The position numbers were made by a program, and so were the translations under genes. Under the pieces are notes generated by a model, which worked only from the letters and a program-made list of their open reading frames with translations, ran no database searches and was not told the DNA's origin. From contig DAIUCD010000001.1 of assembly GCA_036846345.1 (NCBI GenBank), forward strand, positions 258,723-322,722: DNA of 64,000 bases. The letters run 5' to 3'. Origin of the DNA: Spirochaetota bacterium. GTDB taxonomy: Bacteria; Spirochaetota; UBA4802; JAGODF01. Positions 19,020 to 29,052 of this stretch are shown here, piece after piece. The first letter of the stretch is position 1. The number at the start of each line of letters is the position of its first letter.

Positions 19020-19865
19020 ATGGGAGACATTCTCAGAGTGGTGATTAAGGATAAGATTCAATTGTTGAAGAGGGATCTGGAACAGTATGGATCTATGGCT
19101 GTTGCTTTATCCGGGGGAAGGGATTCAACATTTCTGACCTGGCTTGCGGCAGAAGTTTTGAATCATAATATAACAGCCGTGACGATCAGTTCGCCCTTTT
19201 CAATCAAGGAGGAACTGGAATTTGCCGGTTCCTTTATGCGATCTATTGGTGTTGAACATGAAATTCTTATGCTGGATCCCCTGACTATAAGGGAAATAAG
19301 ACTGAATCAACCTGACAGATGTTATCATTGCAAAAGATATCTGTTTCATGAAATCCATCAATATGCCCGTAAGCGGGGAATTAGTCATATTGCAGATGGC
19401 TCTCACCTGAGTGATGATGAGGATTACAGACCCGGGACACGCGCCTTACAGGAGCTGGGTATCCATTCCCCATTAAAAACTGCCGGCTTCCGTAAGGAGG
19501 ACATCGATGAGGCCATTGCCCTTTACGGCCTGAACATACCATTCCGTTTTCCCAATGCCTGTCTGGCCTCACGAATACCCTATGGTATGGAGATTTCGAA
19601 ACAAATTTTAGGCTTGATTGAGAGGGGAGAAGAGTTACTACAGCAGCTGGGTTTTAATCCTGTGCGAGTTCGCTATCACAGGGAAATCGCACGTATCGAA
19701 CTCTCGGAGGCAGGGATTCAGCGTATTGGCCGCGATCCCGGTTTAAGGGAAATTCTTTTACGGGAATTCAAGATCATAGGTTTCTCCTATATCTGTCTGG
19801 ATCTTGAGGGTTATAGGAGGGGCAGTTTAAACGAAGTTATTTCCACTCAATCATCACAGAAGTGA
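19020..19865 (+). CDS. larE: LarE-family PP-loop ATP pyrophosphatase (ATP-dependent sacrificial sulfur transferase-like)
   Basis: PP-loop ALSGGRDSTFL, a conserved Cys-containing region (DRCYHCK) and TIGR00268-like length. Confidence 0.75.
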   Translation: MGDILRVVIKDKIQLLKRDLEQYGSMAVALSGGRDSTFLTWLAAEVLNHNITAVTISSPFSIKEELEFAGSFMRSIGVEHEILMLDPLTIREIRLNQPDRCYHCKRYLFHEIHQYARKRGISHIADGSHLSDDEDYRPGTRALQELGIHSPLKTAGFRKEDIDEAIALYGLNIPFRFPNACLASRIPYGMEISKQILGLIERGEELLQQLGFNPVRVRYHREIARIELSEAGIQRIGRDPGLREILLREFKIIGFSYICLDLEGYRRGSLNEVISTQSSQK

Positions 19866-19903
19866 GCCCTTTTATTTAAAGAAGTATTCGTACTGATTTT
19901 TTC

Positions 19904-19931
19904 TTGACTTGTGACCGAATTATTATATAAA
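19904..19931 (+). promoter_or_regulatory. sigma70-like promoter (TTGACT-16-TATAAA)
   Basis: TTGACT at 19904-19909 and TATAAA at 19926-19931, ~55 nt upstream of the ATG at 19988. Confidence 0.4.
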
Positions 19932-19987
19932 TACTGCGGATATCCTATTACGTCATGATACGCAATCATAAAGAAAGGAGTCAAGTG

Positions 19988-20740
19988 ATGGCAAAGGGAG
20001 TGAAATTGATTCTTGCAGCGCTGATCATTATAGGGGGATCAGTGTTTGGACAGGCCCAGGATAAAGAGAGAATGTCGGGGGAATATGTCCCCTTGTCGGT
20101 GGTACACAGGCTCAGTTATGAAAATTTCCGGGATATCAAACTTCTCCATACCGCGATAATTAACTATGGCGGAGGGGAAGAAGAGTTCGATAAGCTGGTC
20201 GAGGAATACGCAGAGGCTGTATCCCTCTATTTCCGCAATGAGTATGAGCCGTCTGCTAAGAAGTTCAAGGAAAATGAAAAGAATATTCTGGAAGTAGCCA
20301 AGAGGATTGCTGAGAAATACAAGCAGGATACTGAGAAAATCCAGAATGAGGTTATAAAGATCAAGACTAAGGCAGCCCTTAAAATAGCCCTTGCCAAGAA
20401 GGATTACCGTATGCATCCGGCTATCGATGCTGCTGTCACCGATGGATCCTACACCCTTGCCAAGGCCAATGATTTCAATGTCAGAACCCGGCCGATCGAT
20501 GCCATTGCCTACTATCGCAGGGCGAAGGAGAGATATTTTAAGGTTTTTAGCATCTTTGAAGCCCAGTTGAGGGAGTTGTCTGACAGGTCCACTAAAAGGT
20601 CTGATGTGAAGTTTTATGAACGAGAGGCCAATAAATACCGGCTACCGGAAAAGTATAACAGGGATCTGGCAGACAATCAAAACAGCGTCTATCAGGGGGG
20701 TGAAGGCGGAAAGTCGGATAATAGAGAAAAGGAAAAATAA
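19988..20740 (+). CDS. hypothetical secreted protein (Lys/Glu-rich)
   Basis: AAAGGAG RBS 7 nt upstream. Signal peptide MAKGVKLILAALIIIGGSVFGQA. Confidence 0.55.
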   Translation: MAKGVKLILAALIIIGGSVFGQAQDKERMSGEYVPLSVVHRLSYENFRDIKLLHTAIINYGGGEEEFDKLVEEYAEAVSLYFRNEYEPSAKKFKENEKNILEVAKRIAEKYKQDTEKIQNEVIKIKTKAALKIALAKKDYRMHPAIDAAVTDGSYTLAKANDFNVRTRPIDAIAYYRRAKERYFKVFSIFEAQLRELSDRSTKRSDVKFYEREANKYRLPEKYNRDLADNQNSVYQGGEGGKSDNREKEK

Positions 20741-21592
20741 TTATTCCTCGTACTTTTCTTTGTCTCTCAGTCTTTTATCATCTAGCAATACCCTGTAGGC
20801 CCATATGCGGATGTCTCGGTTTCTGTGTACAAGAAGATCGATGATGTATTTTCTTGTTTTTCGGTCTAGACGATATCCTCGCAAGGCCTTCAGGGCCGAC
20901 ACTCTCAGGGTGAGTTTGTGTTCCTGGGATTTTAAAAGCAGAGATGCAATCCTGGCGTAAATTTTATCATCCTTTATCCTTACGTTCAACAGAGTTGCAA
21001 TGACAACGCTTTCGTTTGGATCATTTAAAGCTTCCAGGATGTACGTAATGGATAAGTAACGGATAGCGAAGTCATCAATTTTCAACAAACCCTTTATGGA
21101 TTCCTCGCGGATCAGCCAATCCTCGCTTTTTAATCCTTTAGCGAAAACCAGTGCGAAGGTTGATTCCCGGTATTGTGATAGCGTTTTTATGGAAAACCAC
21201 CGCACATTGGCATTTTTCTCCTTTTCAGCCATATCCATGATCCTTCTTTTAGCAGAACTATCGTGAAAGTGGCCAAGGCCTCTAACCGCTTCAATGCGTA
21301 CGAGCGAATGGCTGTCCTGGGAAGCCTCTATGAGTAAAGGAATAGTATCATTGTCCTTATAGCGAGAGATGTTCCTTACGGCAGCTCTTCGGATTTTCCA
21401 ATCATCGCTCCTTAAATCCTCGGAAAAGGGTGCGAGATTGATTTTTTTCTTTTTCAGGAGTTTGCCTGTACAGCCTGGGGCGGTGATGAGCGCCAAAACA
21501 ATTAGTAGAGTGATGAACCTGACTCCATTCCGAACATGAAAACGGCCCCCTTTGAATTTAAGGGGTATGATAATACGATCAGATAATTTCAT
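20741..21592 (-). CDS. HEAT-repeat (PBS-lyase-type) protein
   Basis: Repeated DW.IR..A...L / D....VR..A...LG units with an N-terminal hydrophobic segment. Confidence 0.7.
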   Translation of the reverse strand: MKLSDRIIIPLKFKGGRFHVRNGVRFITLLIVLALITAPGCTGKLLKKKKINLAPFSEDLRSDDWKIRRAAVRNISRYKDNDTIPLLIEASQDSHSLVRIEAVRGLGHFHDSSAKRRIMDMAEKEKNANVRWFSIKTLSQYRESTFALVFAKGLKSEDWLIREESIKGLLKIDDFAIRYLSITYILEALNDPNESVVIATLLNVRIKDDKIYARIASLLLKSQEHKLTLRVSALKALRGYRLDRKTRKYIIDLLVHRNRDIRIWAYRVLLDDKRLRDKEKYEE

Positions 21593-21610
21593 GTGGAACA
21601 GGTCCAGTGA

Positions 21611-22300
21611 TTAAAAATTCCTCTTCCGCAATAGTTTATCGATAAAACCCTCTTCCTTCTTTCTGATGATTAAGGATTTATTCTCCTCATCCACATCATA
21701 GTGTTCAAACCATTCCCGAAGCATGTCGGCAGGAACTGTAACCGGCCTTGTGGGGGGGGCATTATGTTTAACAGAGGTCTCTTCTCTTGCGATGAGGATA
21801 TAGGATTTTATGATATCCGCGTTTTCATTGGCCACTTCCACCTTACCCTCATAAACAAGGAAACGTGTTTCGAATTTACTGGCGATAACTCCAAAATCTG
21901 TGCCTCTGACGCCAGCGAGAGCCGTGGGAGTTTTCAGAATCAATGCCCGGTTGCCGAAGACTTTCTTTAATGATACGCGTACTTTACCGGTCAGGAGTTT
22001 AATACGGGTTGGGGGATCGGATTCCTGTCTCTTGAGGGTGGAAACATTCAACACGGTGATTTCCCGTATGAGCAGTTTGGTCCCGTCATTGAGGAGTATC
22101 TCGGTGAAAGATCTTTTCCCGGTTCTAATCTTATGATCAGTTCGAACGAGGCTGCCAATTTTAGGAGTACTCTTTTTGCCGGTTGACAGGGATGTTAAAT
22201 CCACATCTCCTACTATCTGAACAATTTTGCCTATGGGGGTTGCCGCAGACAGAGGTTGTATCAGTAATATCATTGCTGTTATGACTAAACAATATTTCAT
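21611..22300 (-). CDS. secreted FecR-domain protein
   Basis: FecR motif TALAGVRGTDFGV. Start at the internal ATG with a GAGGAGGG RBS. Signal peptide MKYCLVITAMILLIQPLSAA. Confidence 0.7.
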   Translation of the reverse strand: MKYCLVITAMILLIQPLSAATPIGKIVQIVGDVDLTSLSTGKKSTPKIGSLVRTDHKIRTGKRSFTEILLNDGTKLLIREITVLNVSTLKRQESDPPTRIKLLTGKVRVSLKKVFGNRALILKTPTALAGVRGTDFGVIASKFETRFLVYEGKVEVANENADIIKSYILIAREETSVKHNAPPTRPVTVPADMLREWFEHYDVDEENKSLIIRKKEEGFIDKLLRKRNF

Positions 22301-22386
22301 AGTCCCTCCTCTAAATTTGTGCAATACGAAGCAAGGTAAAATGTGATGCCACAAAATTGATTCAGACTGAAAACAGTGCAGCTTCT

Positions 22387-24678
22387 TTACCTGTAAAGGA
22401 TTGCTCCCTGAATGACAAACTTTTTGGTTCTTAGAATATAATATCGTGTCTCTTCGAACGGCAGCAACTCCGTAAAAATATCCAGGTCATCGGTGTTTAA
22501 ACTATCCTTCCACTTTTGTGCGTTTCCAGGACCGGCATTGTAACCTGCCATGATCAACTCAACATTTCCGTTAAAGTATTTACTCAACCAGGCAAGGTAA
22601 TGGGCCCCGAAGGTGATGGACGTGCAGGGTTTCTTCAGGTCGAAGCTCTTGACCTTTAATTCCCTTGCAATCCCCCTTGCAGTAGCGGGCATCAGCTGCA
22701 TGAGTCCTACAGCGCCTGCAGGCGAGACAACGTCGGTATTGTAAAGTGATTCCGCTTTTATAACTGCGTATAACAGGGGGATGCTTATCTTGAATTTTCG
22801 GGAGGATTCCCTGATACACTTTTCAAAGGCCCTTGGAAAAAGGCGCTCAAGTGTTTTTTCCGGGAGGAGGGAAAAGTTGTTTTTCACGTCGCTGAATTTA
22901 AAGAGTTCAATTGTGGAAAGAACAGATAGATAATAATTCTGATAATCATAACCGAACTTGGCTATGGCTATGCTTTTATCCCTTTGAACTTTGGAATCCT
23001 CAGGAAGAACGGCCAGTTCCCGGTTAATGCCGTTAAGATAGCCGATACAGAAATATTTTTCCAGGCCCTTCAGCTGATCGGCAAAGGGCGATTGCAAGTC
23101 CAAGGATTCAATGGACTTTTCAAATTCTCTGTATTTCCTAGCATCCAACAGTTTCAAATCACCCGCTCTTTCTGTTCTCTTGCCGATGTCCTTTTCAAGA
23201 AGGAGAAGAAGGCTGTGGTAAAGAGCGGTTGCCATTTTATCCTTCCTGTCGAGGAAATAAAGATATTTCCGGTAAGCATCGTTGGCGTTGATGGTCCTTG
23301 CAAGATTGCTGAGGAGTATCCAAGTATAATTGGATTCCGGATTGAAGTAGATCATTTCCTGGACCTGGGCTATAGCATCATCGCTGTTCTTTCGACTCAA
23401 GTAGATTTTATGAAGCCAGAATCTCATTCTATCGGAATATTTACCCCCGGGGAAGCTTTTCAGAGAGGATTTGAATAAGTTTTCTGCTTCATTATAGTTC
23501 TTCCTTTTAAGATAATTTTGTCCTAGCAGCCAGTAGAAGTTCTCAGAAGCAATATCGTCAGGATAGGTGCGAATAAATTGAAGGAGATGATTTTCAAAGC
23601 CAATCAGCTTACGCTTACCATAATAGGATGCGATCCGTTTGAGAGATTCTTTCGAGATGGTGTCCAAGCCCTGAGATGAAAGGGTTTTGTAATCCTGAAG
23701 TGCCAGGGACCAGTTCTTCATCGACCAGTATTCATCAGCTCTGATTTTCAGCGCTTCAAAGTAATCCTTGCTCGGCTTAAAGGATTCCACGATTTGGTTG
23801 GCCTCCTTCATGCGATTAAGCCTCAGATAAGTGCGTAACTGATAATAGGCTGCCTTTTTTCTCTGAGAGTCTTTAAGTTTTTCAGGTTTAAGTTCCTTTA
23901 AAAACTGGGCGGCCTTTAAATAGTACCTGCAGTGATAAGCGGCGGTTGCGTAATGAAATTTCTGTATATCAGAAAGCACCAGTCCCGACTTCTTCATCAA
24001 ATCACCGATCTGGTCAACCGCGATTTTTGCCTGCCAGCCTCGATTGTTGATCATAATTACCCTGATGTAGGATGATAGAGCCTTCTGGTGGTCCGGTATT
24101 CTCATATAGGCTGATGCTCGCCGTATGTGCATTAGGCATTGTGATTGCGGATCACTGAAGAGAGGGAGAGCTTTCTCAAGCGTTTGAGCGGCCACATCAT
24201 ATTTTTTCATTTCAATCAAAGCGCGTGACTTAAGGAGGGAGGCGTCACGGTACAGTGCTGTCTTATCCTGTTTCATCAAATCAATAAATTTAATAACGTA
24301 ATCGTATTCCTGGTAGAGGAAAAAGAGACTGGCAATCTCGAACAGGGCATCGTTGTAATATTCCGATTTCAGGTGATAACCATCGGCAAAGTTGTATATC
24401 ACAATCGGATATATTTTCATGGACAGGTTTTGTTCATAAAGAAAACAACTGTTAGCATAATGCAGAATAGCCTTTTTATAACTTTTAAGGTTCTTATAGA
24501 CATTACCAAGCATAAAATGATGACGGTATGTTAATTTATGAGTACGGAAGGCATCGAGGATTTCCTGATTGCTGGAATAGAATCCGTACTGGGACAGATT
24601 CGTCCCTTCGGTGTCGCTGGAAAAACAAGAGAGCATGAGTATCATGAGAAAAAGAGGTACCAGTCGTTTCGTCTTCAT
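22387..24678 (-). CDS. soluble lytic murein transglycosylase (Slt-like; superhelical TPR-like N-region plus SLT domain)
   Basis: C-terminal SLT catalytic motifs AVIKAESLYNTDVVSPAGAVGLMQLMPATA. Signal peptide present, 763 aa. Confidence 0.8.
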   Translation of the reverse strand: MKTKRLVPLFLMILMLSCFSSDTEGTNLSQYGFYSSNQEILDAFRTHKLTYRHHFMLGNVYKNLKSYKKAILHYANSCFLYEQNLSMKIYPIVIYNFADGYHLKSEYYNDALFEIASLFFLYQEYDYVIKFIDLMKQDKTALYRDASLLKSRALIEMKKYDVAAQTLEKALPLFSDPQSQCLMHIRRASAYMRIPDHQKALSSYIRVIMINNRGWQAKIAVDQIGDLMKKSGLVLSDIQKFHYATAAYHCRYYLKAAQFLKELKPEKLKDSQRKKAAYYQLRTYLRLNRMKEANQIVESFKPSKDYFEALKIRADEYWSMKNWSLALQDYKTLSSQGLDTISKESLKRIASYYGKRKLIGFENHLLQFIRTYPDDIASENFYWLLGQNYLKRKNYNEAENLFKSSLKSFPGGKYSDRMRFWLHKIYLSRKNSDDAIAQVQEMIYFNPESNYTWILLSNLARTINANDAYRKYLYFLDRKDKMATALYHSLLLLLEKDIGKRTERAGDLKLLDARKYREFEKSIESLDLQSPFADQLKGLEKYFCIGYLNGINRELAVLPEDSKVQRDKSIAIAKFGYDYQNYYLSVLSTIELFKFSDVKNNFSLLPEKTLERLFPRAFEKCIRESSRKFKISIPLLYAVIKAESLYNTDVVSPAGAVGLMQLMPATARGIARELKVKSFDLKKPCTSITFGAHYLAWLSKYFNGNVELIMAGYNAGPGNAQKWKDSLNTDDLDIFTELLPFEETRYYILRTKKFVIQGAILYR

Positions 24679-24717
24679 GTGGGATATCCTGAATGATGTT
24701 TTATGATGAGATCTGTT

Positions 24718-25611
24718 TTATTCCGTAGTGTCTCTATACTTTTTATAGTCTTCCAGTTCTTCCAGACGGGAATCCTCCCACACCTGATCATAAAAGGATT
24801 TACTGTCCCGCGATTTGTAATAGCTGTCCTTGTGCAGGACCAGGAAGGGAGCCAGGGAATCCGATGGAGCAACTCTTTTAATCTGTCTTTCAATTTTCAG
24901 ATACTCTCTTTCCCGATGACTGAGATAGTCTTCATAGTTCGGAAGTGCGTTCATGACAGTGTCATAAACCTGGTTGAAAAGCCCAGCTGATGTTGCCTCC
25001 AGCTTTTTCCTGTTAAAGGCGATGTAGCAGAGAAAGGCATACCGTTTCCCGTGCTTGGCTGTCTTAATGGCATGTACGTATTTGTAGAGCCGCATGGAGA
25101 AGAGATCTTCGCGAAAATTGTCGCCCATTTCGAGATAGGTTTCTGCCACCTTCATGTCGCGGTATCCAAGACGGAGATAATGCTGAGCGGTTTTATCCAT
25201 GGAGGAAATCACCGGAGGAGCGAAGCTGTTAAGGAGCTTCCGGGTATCCTCGATGTCCCTTTTCAGTATACTCCTGTAGAGGTCGATCAGAATCTTCTGG
25301 GATTTCCTTATCTCACCGTAGGATTCCATAAAAAGAAATTTCATGTAGAGAAGCTGGGCAAATATATCTCGTTGTATGGCCTCCTTGAAGGACCTCTTCT
25401 CCATGTCCGTGCCGAAATTTGTGATGGAGGCATTTATAAAATAAAAGTAATAGCGGTTGTCCTTTAATCCTTTCTCAGCCTTCACCTGTTCTCCGGCCCG
25501 TTGACTGGACTTGGTTCGCTGACCCCACAATACCGGCTGGAACAGGAGTCCTGTCGCTAAAATAAGATTTATGGATACAAACAATTTGTTCTGGATTCTC
25601 ACTCTTATCAA
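24718..25611 (-). CDS. hypothetical secreted protein
   Basis: 297 aa with an N-terminal hydrophobic segment. No recognisable domain. Confidence 0.5.
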   Translation of the reverse strand: MIRVRIQNKLFVSINLILATGLLFQPVLWGQRTKSSQRAGEQVKAEKGLKDNRYYFYFINASITNFGTDMEKRSFKEAIQRDIFAQLLYMKFLFMESYGEIRKSQKILIDLYRSILKRDIEDTRKLLNSFAPPVISSMDKTAQHYLRLGYRDMKVAETYLEMGDNFREDLFSMRLYKYVHAIKTAKHGKRYAFLCYIAFNRKKLEATSAGLFNQVYDTVMNALPNYEDYLSHREREYLKIERQIKRVAPSDSLAPFLVLHKDSYYKSRDSKSFYDQVWEDSRLEELEDYKKYRDTTE

Positions 25612-25898
25612 GCCTCGGTAATTATTACGTTATGTGTGATTATCATGGAAAATGCCATTTTTGCAAGTATAAAACTGGCATTCAGATCATGAATGGAGGA
25701 TTCTTGTCTTTGAGGCAAGAGTTTTCCAAAAATGATTGTGATTTTCGAGTGAACCGGGGATTCAAAAAATAGGAAATGGCCGGAAAGGGGGTTGACTTGC
25801 AGTCTGATAGGATGTAGATGTAGAATTGTTGTAAAGCTGCCCAGGAAAACTGCAAAAAATACTGGAACAAACTGATGCAGTATTAAGGAGGATATATT

Positions 25899-26900
25899 AT
25901 GAGATTTGCCGGAATTCAACAAATTGTCATCGTCTTTCTGCTGGTTATGTGTTCGTCGGTGGATTCATCCCTAATGGATAATCTGAGCAAACTGAAAAAA
26001 CCGACAGCGACTATAGAAAAGGTGGATATCGATTCCATAAGCTTTCGGGACGTCAATCTTCTCTTCAATATTGGGATCGATAATCCCTATCCCCTTGGGA
26101 TCAAGCTGGATAATGTGAAGTTTCGATTTGATATTGAAAACAACAAGCTCTTCGAAACGAGCACTCCCAAAGGACTCTCCATAAAAGCGCGGGATAAGAC
26201 AATCACACCCTTCATCGTTAATCTGGAATACTTAAAGATTCAGAAGATCGTAAAGAATTACTCCAAAAAGGATTATCTGAATTGCGAGGTAACCAGTACG
26301 GTGGTGCTGCATGTTCCTAAAAAACTCGCCGGTCTGAAGGACTACCTCACTTTTACCTATAAGCATAAGATTAAAATTCCTGCTTTGAAACCGGTCATCA
26401 AGATCAAGAACTTCAAAGTCAATGCACCCTCCGTTGCTGATATCTCCAACGCGATCAAGGAGAGCGGGAAAAAGAATCTCAATGCCGAGAAGGTTGCCAG
26501 TTTGTTCGGGGATCTCCTCAAGGGGAAAAAGGTGAGCAGTGACGATCTGGTTCCCTCCGATCTGGATGTCAAACTGGATGTGAATTTTGATATCGAGATT
26601 GAGAATAAAACCCGTGCCAAGATGTTTTTCAAAGATCTCTCATACAGCTTCTTCATGAATGGCGAGGACATCTTCAAGGGGAACACGAAGGATACGGTGA
26701 CCAAGGGGAACAAGATGATCCTCAAGGTAGCCAATCAGCTCAGCTCCAAAGCCATGGGTAAGGGGGTTATGAAGGTTTTTAAGGATAAAAAGGGTCTTTT
26801 CGGTATCAAGGGCCAGACCTTCATCAATCTCCCCGAGAAGATAAAGAAGGAGCCTTTGAAGCTCGCTATTGATGAAAACGGGTCCTTTGATGTGAAATAA
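25899..26900 (+). CDS. secreted tandem LEA_2/WHy-like (LEA14-like) domain protein
   Basis: AAGGAGG RBS and a signal peptide. Two repeats matching the LEA_2 pattern (VDIDSISFRDVNLLFNIGIDNPYPLGIKLDNVKFRF...). Assignment is tentative. Confidence 0.5.
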   Translation: MRFAGIQQIVIVFLLVMCSSVDSSLMDNLSKLKKPTATIEKVDIDSISFRDVNLLFNIGIDNPYPLGIKLDNVKFRFDIENNKLFETSTPKGLSIKARDKTITPFIVNLEYLKIQKIVKNYSKKDYLNCEVTSTVVLHVPKKLAGLKDYLTFTYKHKIKIPALKPVIKIKNFKVNAPSVADISNAIKESGKKNLNAEKVASLFGDLLKGKKVSSDDLVPSDLDVKLDVNFDIEIENKTRAKMFFKDLSYSFFMNGEDIFKGNTKDTVTKGNKMILKVANQLSSKAMGKGVMKVFKDKKGLFGIKGQTFINLPEKIKKEPLKLAIDENGSFDVK

Positions 26901-26955
26901 AGGTGGGACCGGGACAGCAGAAAACCGATTTTTCTTTGATTAGTAAATAAACTGG

Positions 26956-26981
26956 AACCCCCGCATGGGGGTTTCGTTATT
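26956..26981 (+). terminator. rho-independent terminator after the LEA-like gene
   Basis: Stem AACCCCC/GGGGGTT with loop GCAT, followed by TCGTTATT. Confidence 0.45.
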
Positions 26982-26991
26982 GGAGGTCATA

Positions 26992-28200
26992 GTGAAGAGT
27001 GTTGAGAACCGTAAAATGTTCAGGGATGATCTTTGCCGGGAGTGCGGAATCTGCCTTTCCGAATGTGTTTATCTGGGGTTAAATCAGGAACAGGCTGTTC
27101 AGGCAATACAAAGATTAAAAAGCGGAGAGGGAGATAAGGGGGTATTGAAAAACTGTATCAGCTGTTTTGCCTGCAATGCCTTTTGTCCGAATGATGCGCA
27201 TCCCTATGAACTTATCCTATCCTATTGGCATCGAAGGTATCAGGAGAAGGGTCTGCCTCAGCGGGCCCTTTACCTGACTCCTCATGCAGAGCCAAATTTC
27301 CGAACTCGAATCATCCCCACTATGGATGATGAGGACCGGTATTTGATTGACGCCTGGAGACGGGAGGATCCAAAAGGAAAGACCATTCTTTATCCGGGAT
27401 GCAATCTCCTGACCCTGCCTTATCTGGCACGGACCGAACTCCTGAGTGATCTTCCCGTGGCTGGAGGATTTGATCTCTGCTGCGGGGAGATGTATTTCCG
27501 GATGGGCCTTTTTGACAAGGTGAGGGAAGTGGCTGCCCGGCTGACGGAATATTATAAGAGGCATAATCCCAAGCGCATGGTTTTTATCTGTCCGGCCTGT
27601 TATAACATGTTTACCAATATTTTACCGGGCCAATTCGGTGCCAGTTTTTCCTTCCAAACACAGTTGTTGACGGATTATCTTCTGGAAAAAATTGATAAGG
27701 GTGAAATAATTCTCAAGAATAAACTATCCCTGAAGGTCACCGTGCATGATTCCTGTCATGCGAGGGTCATGAAGAACGGATTGATGGAATCGGCAAGGGA
27801 ATTGCTGAAACGGCTTGGATGTACCATTCTTGAGATGAAACATAACACCGCTACGGGATATTGTTGCGGAGTAGCGGCAGGCTGTTCCAGTTACAGCGGC
27901 TGGGATATGACCCGGGAATCTCTCAGAGCCATGCGTGAGGCTAAACGTTCCGGAGCTGATATATTAGCCCTCTATTGCAGTGGTTGTCTCGTGGGTCTTT
28001 CCGTTGTCGGAAAGATCTATCCTTCTGCACTGGATAATTATCACCTGCTTGAGCTGGTGCAAATGGCAATTGGAGAAAAACCCATGCATCGTCATAAGCG
28101 CTATTCCGGGCAGATATTAAAGGGTATCATCCGGCATGCTATACCAGGTTATTTAAGCAGGAAGCGGATCAAGCTGCCAGTAATTGATAAGCTCGAATAA
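26992..28200 (+). CDS. Fe-S oxidoreductase with two CCG (Cys-rich) domains (HdrD/GlpC/LutA-like)
   Basis: 4Fe-4S ferredoxin Cys clusters (CRECGICLSEC; CISCFACNAFCP) followed by two CCG motifs (CCG..Y; CCGVAAGCS). Start taken at GTG 26992, downstream of a GGAGG RBS. The long ORF from 26965 would start inside the upstream terminator hairpin. Confidence 0.7.
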   Translation: MKSVENRKMFRDDLCRECGICLSECVYLGLNQEQAVQAIQRLKSGEGDKGVLKNCISCFACNAFCPNDAHPYELILSYWHRRYQEKGLPQRALYLTPHAEPNFRTRIIPTMDDEDRYLIDAWRREDPKGKTILYPGCNLLTLPYLARTELLSDLPVAGGFDLCCGEMYFRMGLFDKVREVAARLTEYYKRHNPKRMVFICPACYNMFTNILPGQFGASFSFQTQLLTDYLLEKIDKGEIILKNKLSLKVTVHDSCHARVMKNGLMESARELLKRLGCTILEMKHNTATGYCCGVAAGCSSYSGWDMTRESLRAMREAKRSGADILALYCSGCLVGLSVVGKIYPSALDNYHLLELVQMAIGEKPMHRHKRYSGQILKGIIRHAIPGYLSRKRIKLPVIDKLE

Positions 28201-28232
28201 AACCTCTCATCGTATCATATTCCTATTGGGCA

Positions 28233-28769
28233 TCAGGTTTGCCCGTCCTTACTGGTGAAAAACTCTTCATAGAGCTTTCCGAACCTAAGGATGTCATGAT
28301 AACTGCCATTGTAATACAGCTCTTTACGGTATAGTCCTTCCTGCAGGTACCCGAGTTTTAAGGCCAGGGATGACATGGTGGGATTATAGCTCGCCGTATG
28401 GAAAAAGAGTTTATGCAGATTTAGGACGCAAAAGGAAAAGCGCTCCAGGTCGCGGAGAATCCAGGAGCCATATCCCTGCATGCGAAAATCAGGAGAAACT
28501 ATCAGGGATATTTCTCCGCAGCGGTTTTTAGGATGAAGGTAGTGTATCATTCCCAGAGCGACAGCTTCATTGGGGTTATGGTATATACAGAGATAAGCGC
28601 CATCGTCCCTTTCCTTTTCATACCATTCCTGAAGCTGCCACAGGCTAAGGGGGCGATAGAGGTTGTAGAGATTCTTATAAGTGTCCTCATCGTTGAGCCA
28701 TTGCTGAATAAATTGGAGATCAGCCGGCTCGAGAGGTCTTCTGAGCAGTTCATCCATCCAATACCTCAC
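28233..28769 (-). CDS. GNAT-family N-acetyltransferase
   Basis: GNAT motif A (ISLIVSPDFRMQGYGS), 178 aa. Confidence 0.8.
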   Translation of the reverse strand: MRYWMDELLRRPLEPADLQFIQQWLNDEDTYKNLYNLYRPLSLWQLQEWYEKERDDGAYLCIYHNPNEAVALGMIHYLHPKNRCGEISLIVSPDFRMQGYGSWILRDLERFSFCVLNLHKLFFHTASYNPTMSSLALKLGYLQEGLYRKELYYNGSYHDILRFGKLYEEFFTSKDGQT

Positions 28770-29052
28770 ATGATTTTATTGACGGTTAACAAAAAACTAC
28801 TTTCGATAAAATGAAATAATAAGACTCTTTATAGGAGAAATAAAGTCCTTGACGGAAAAAAAATTTTTTATACATTGGTTCAGGAGCTTGATGGCAAAAA
28901 TTTAATATTAATTGGATGCTTATTTACTAAACCCATTTTAAAACTGTTTATGAAGCCGCCAGGAAAAGACAGCCGGCATAATTATAAACGCGAAGACTTT
29001 AATTACTTAAAAGCCCATAGGTATACTATGGGCTTTTTTGTGTTGGGGATCT

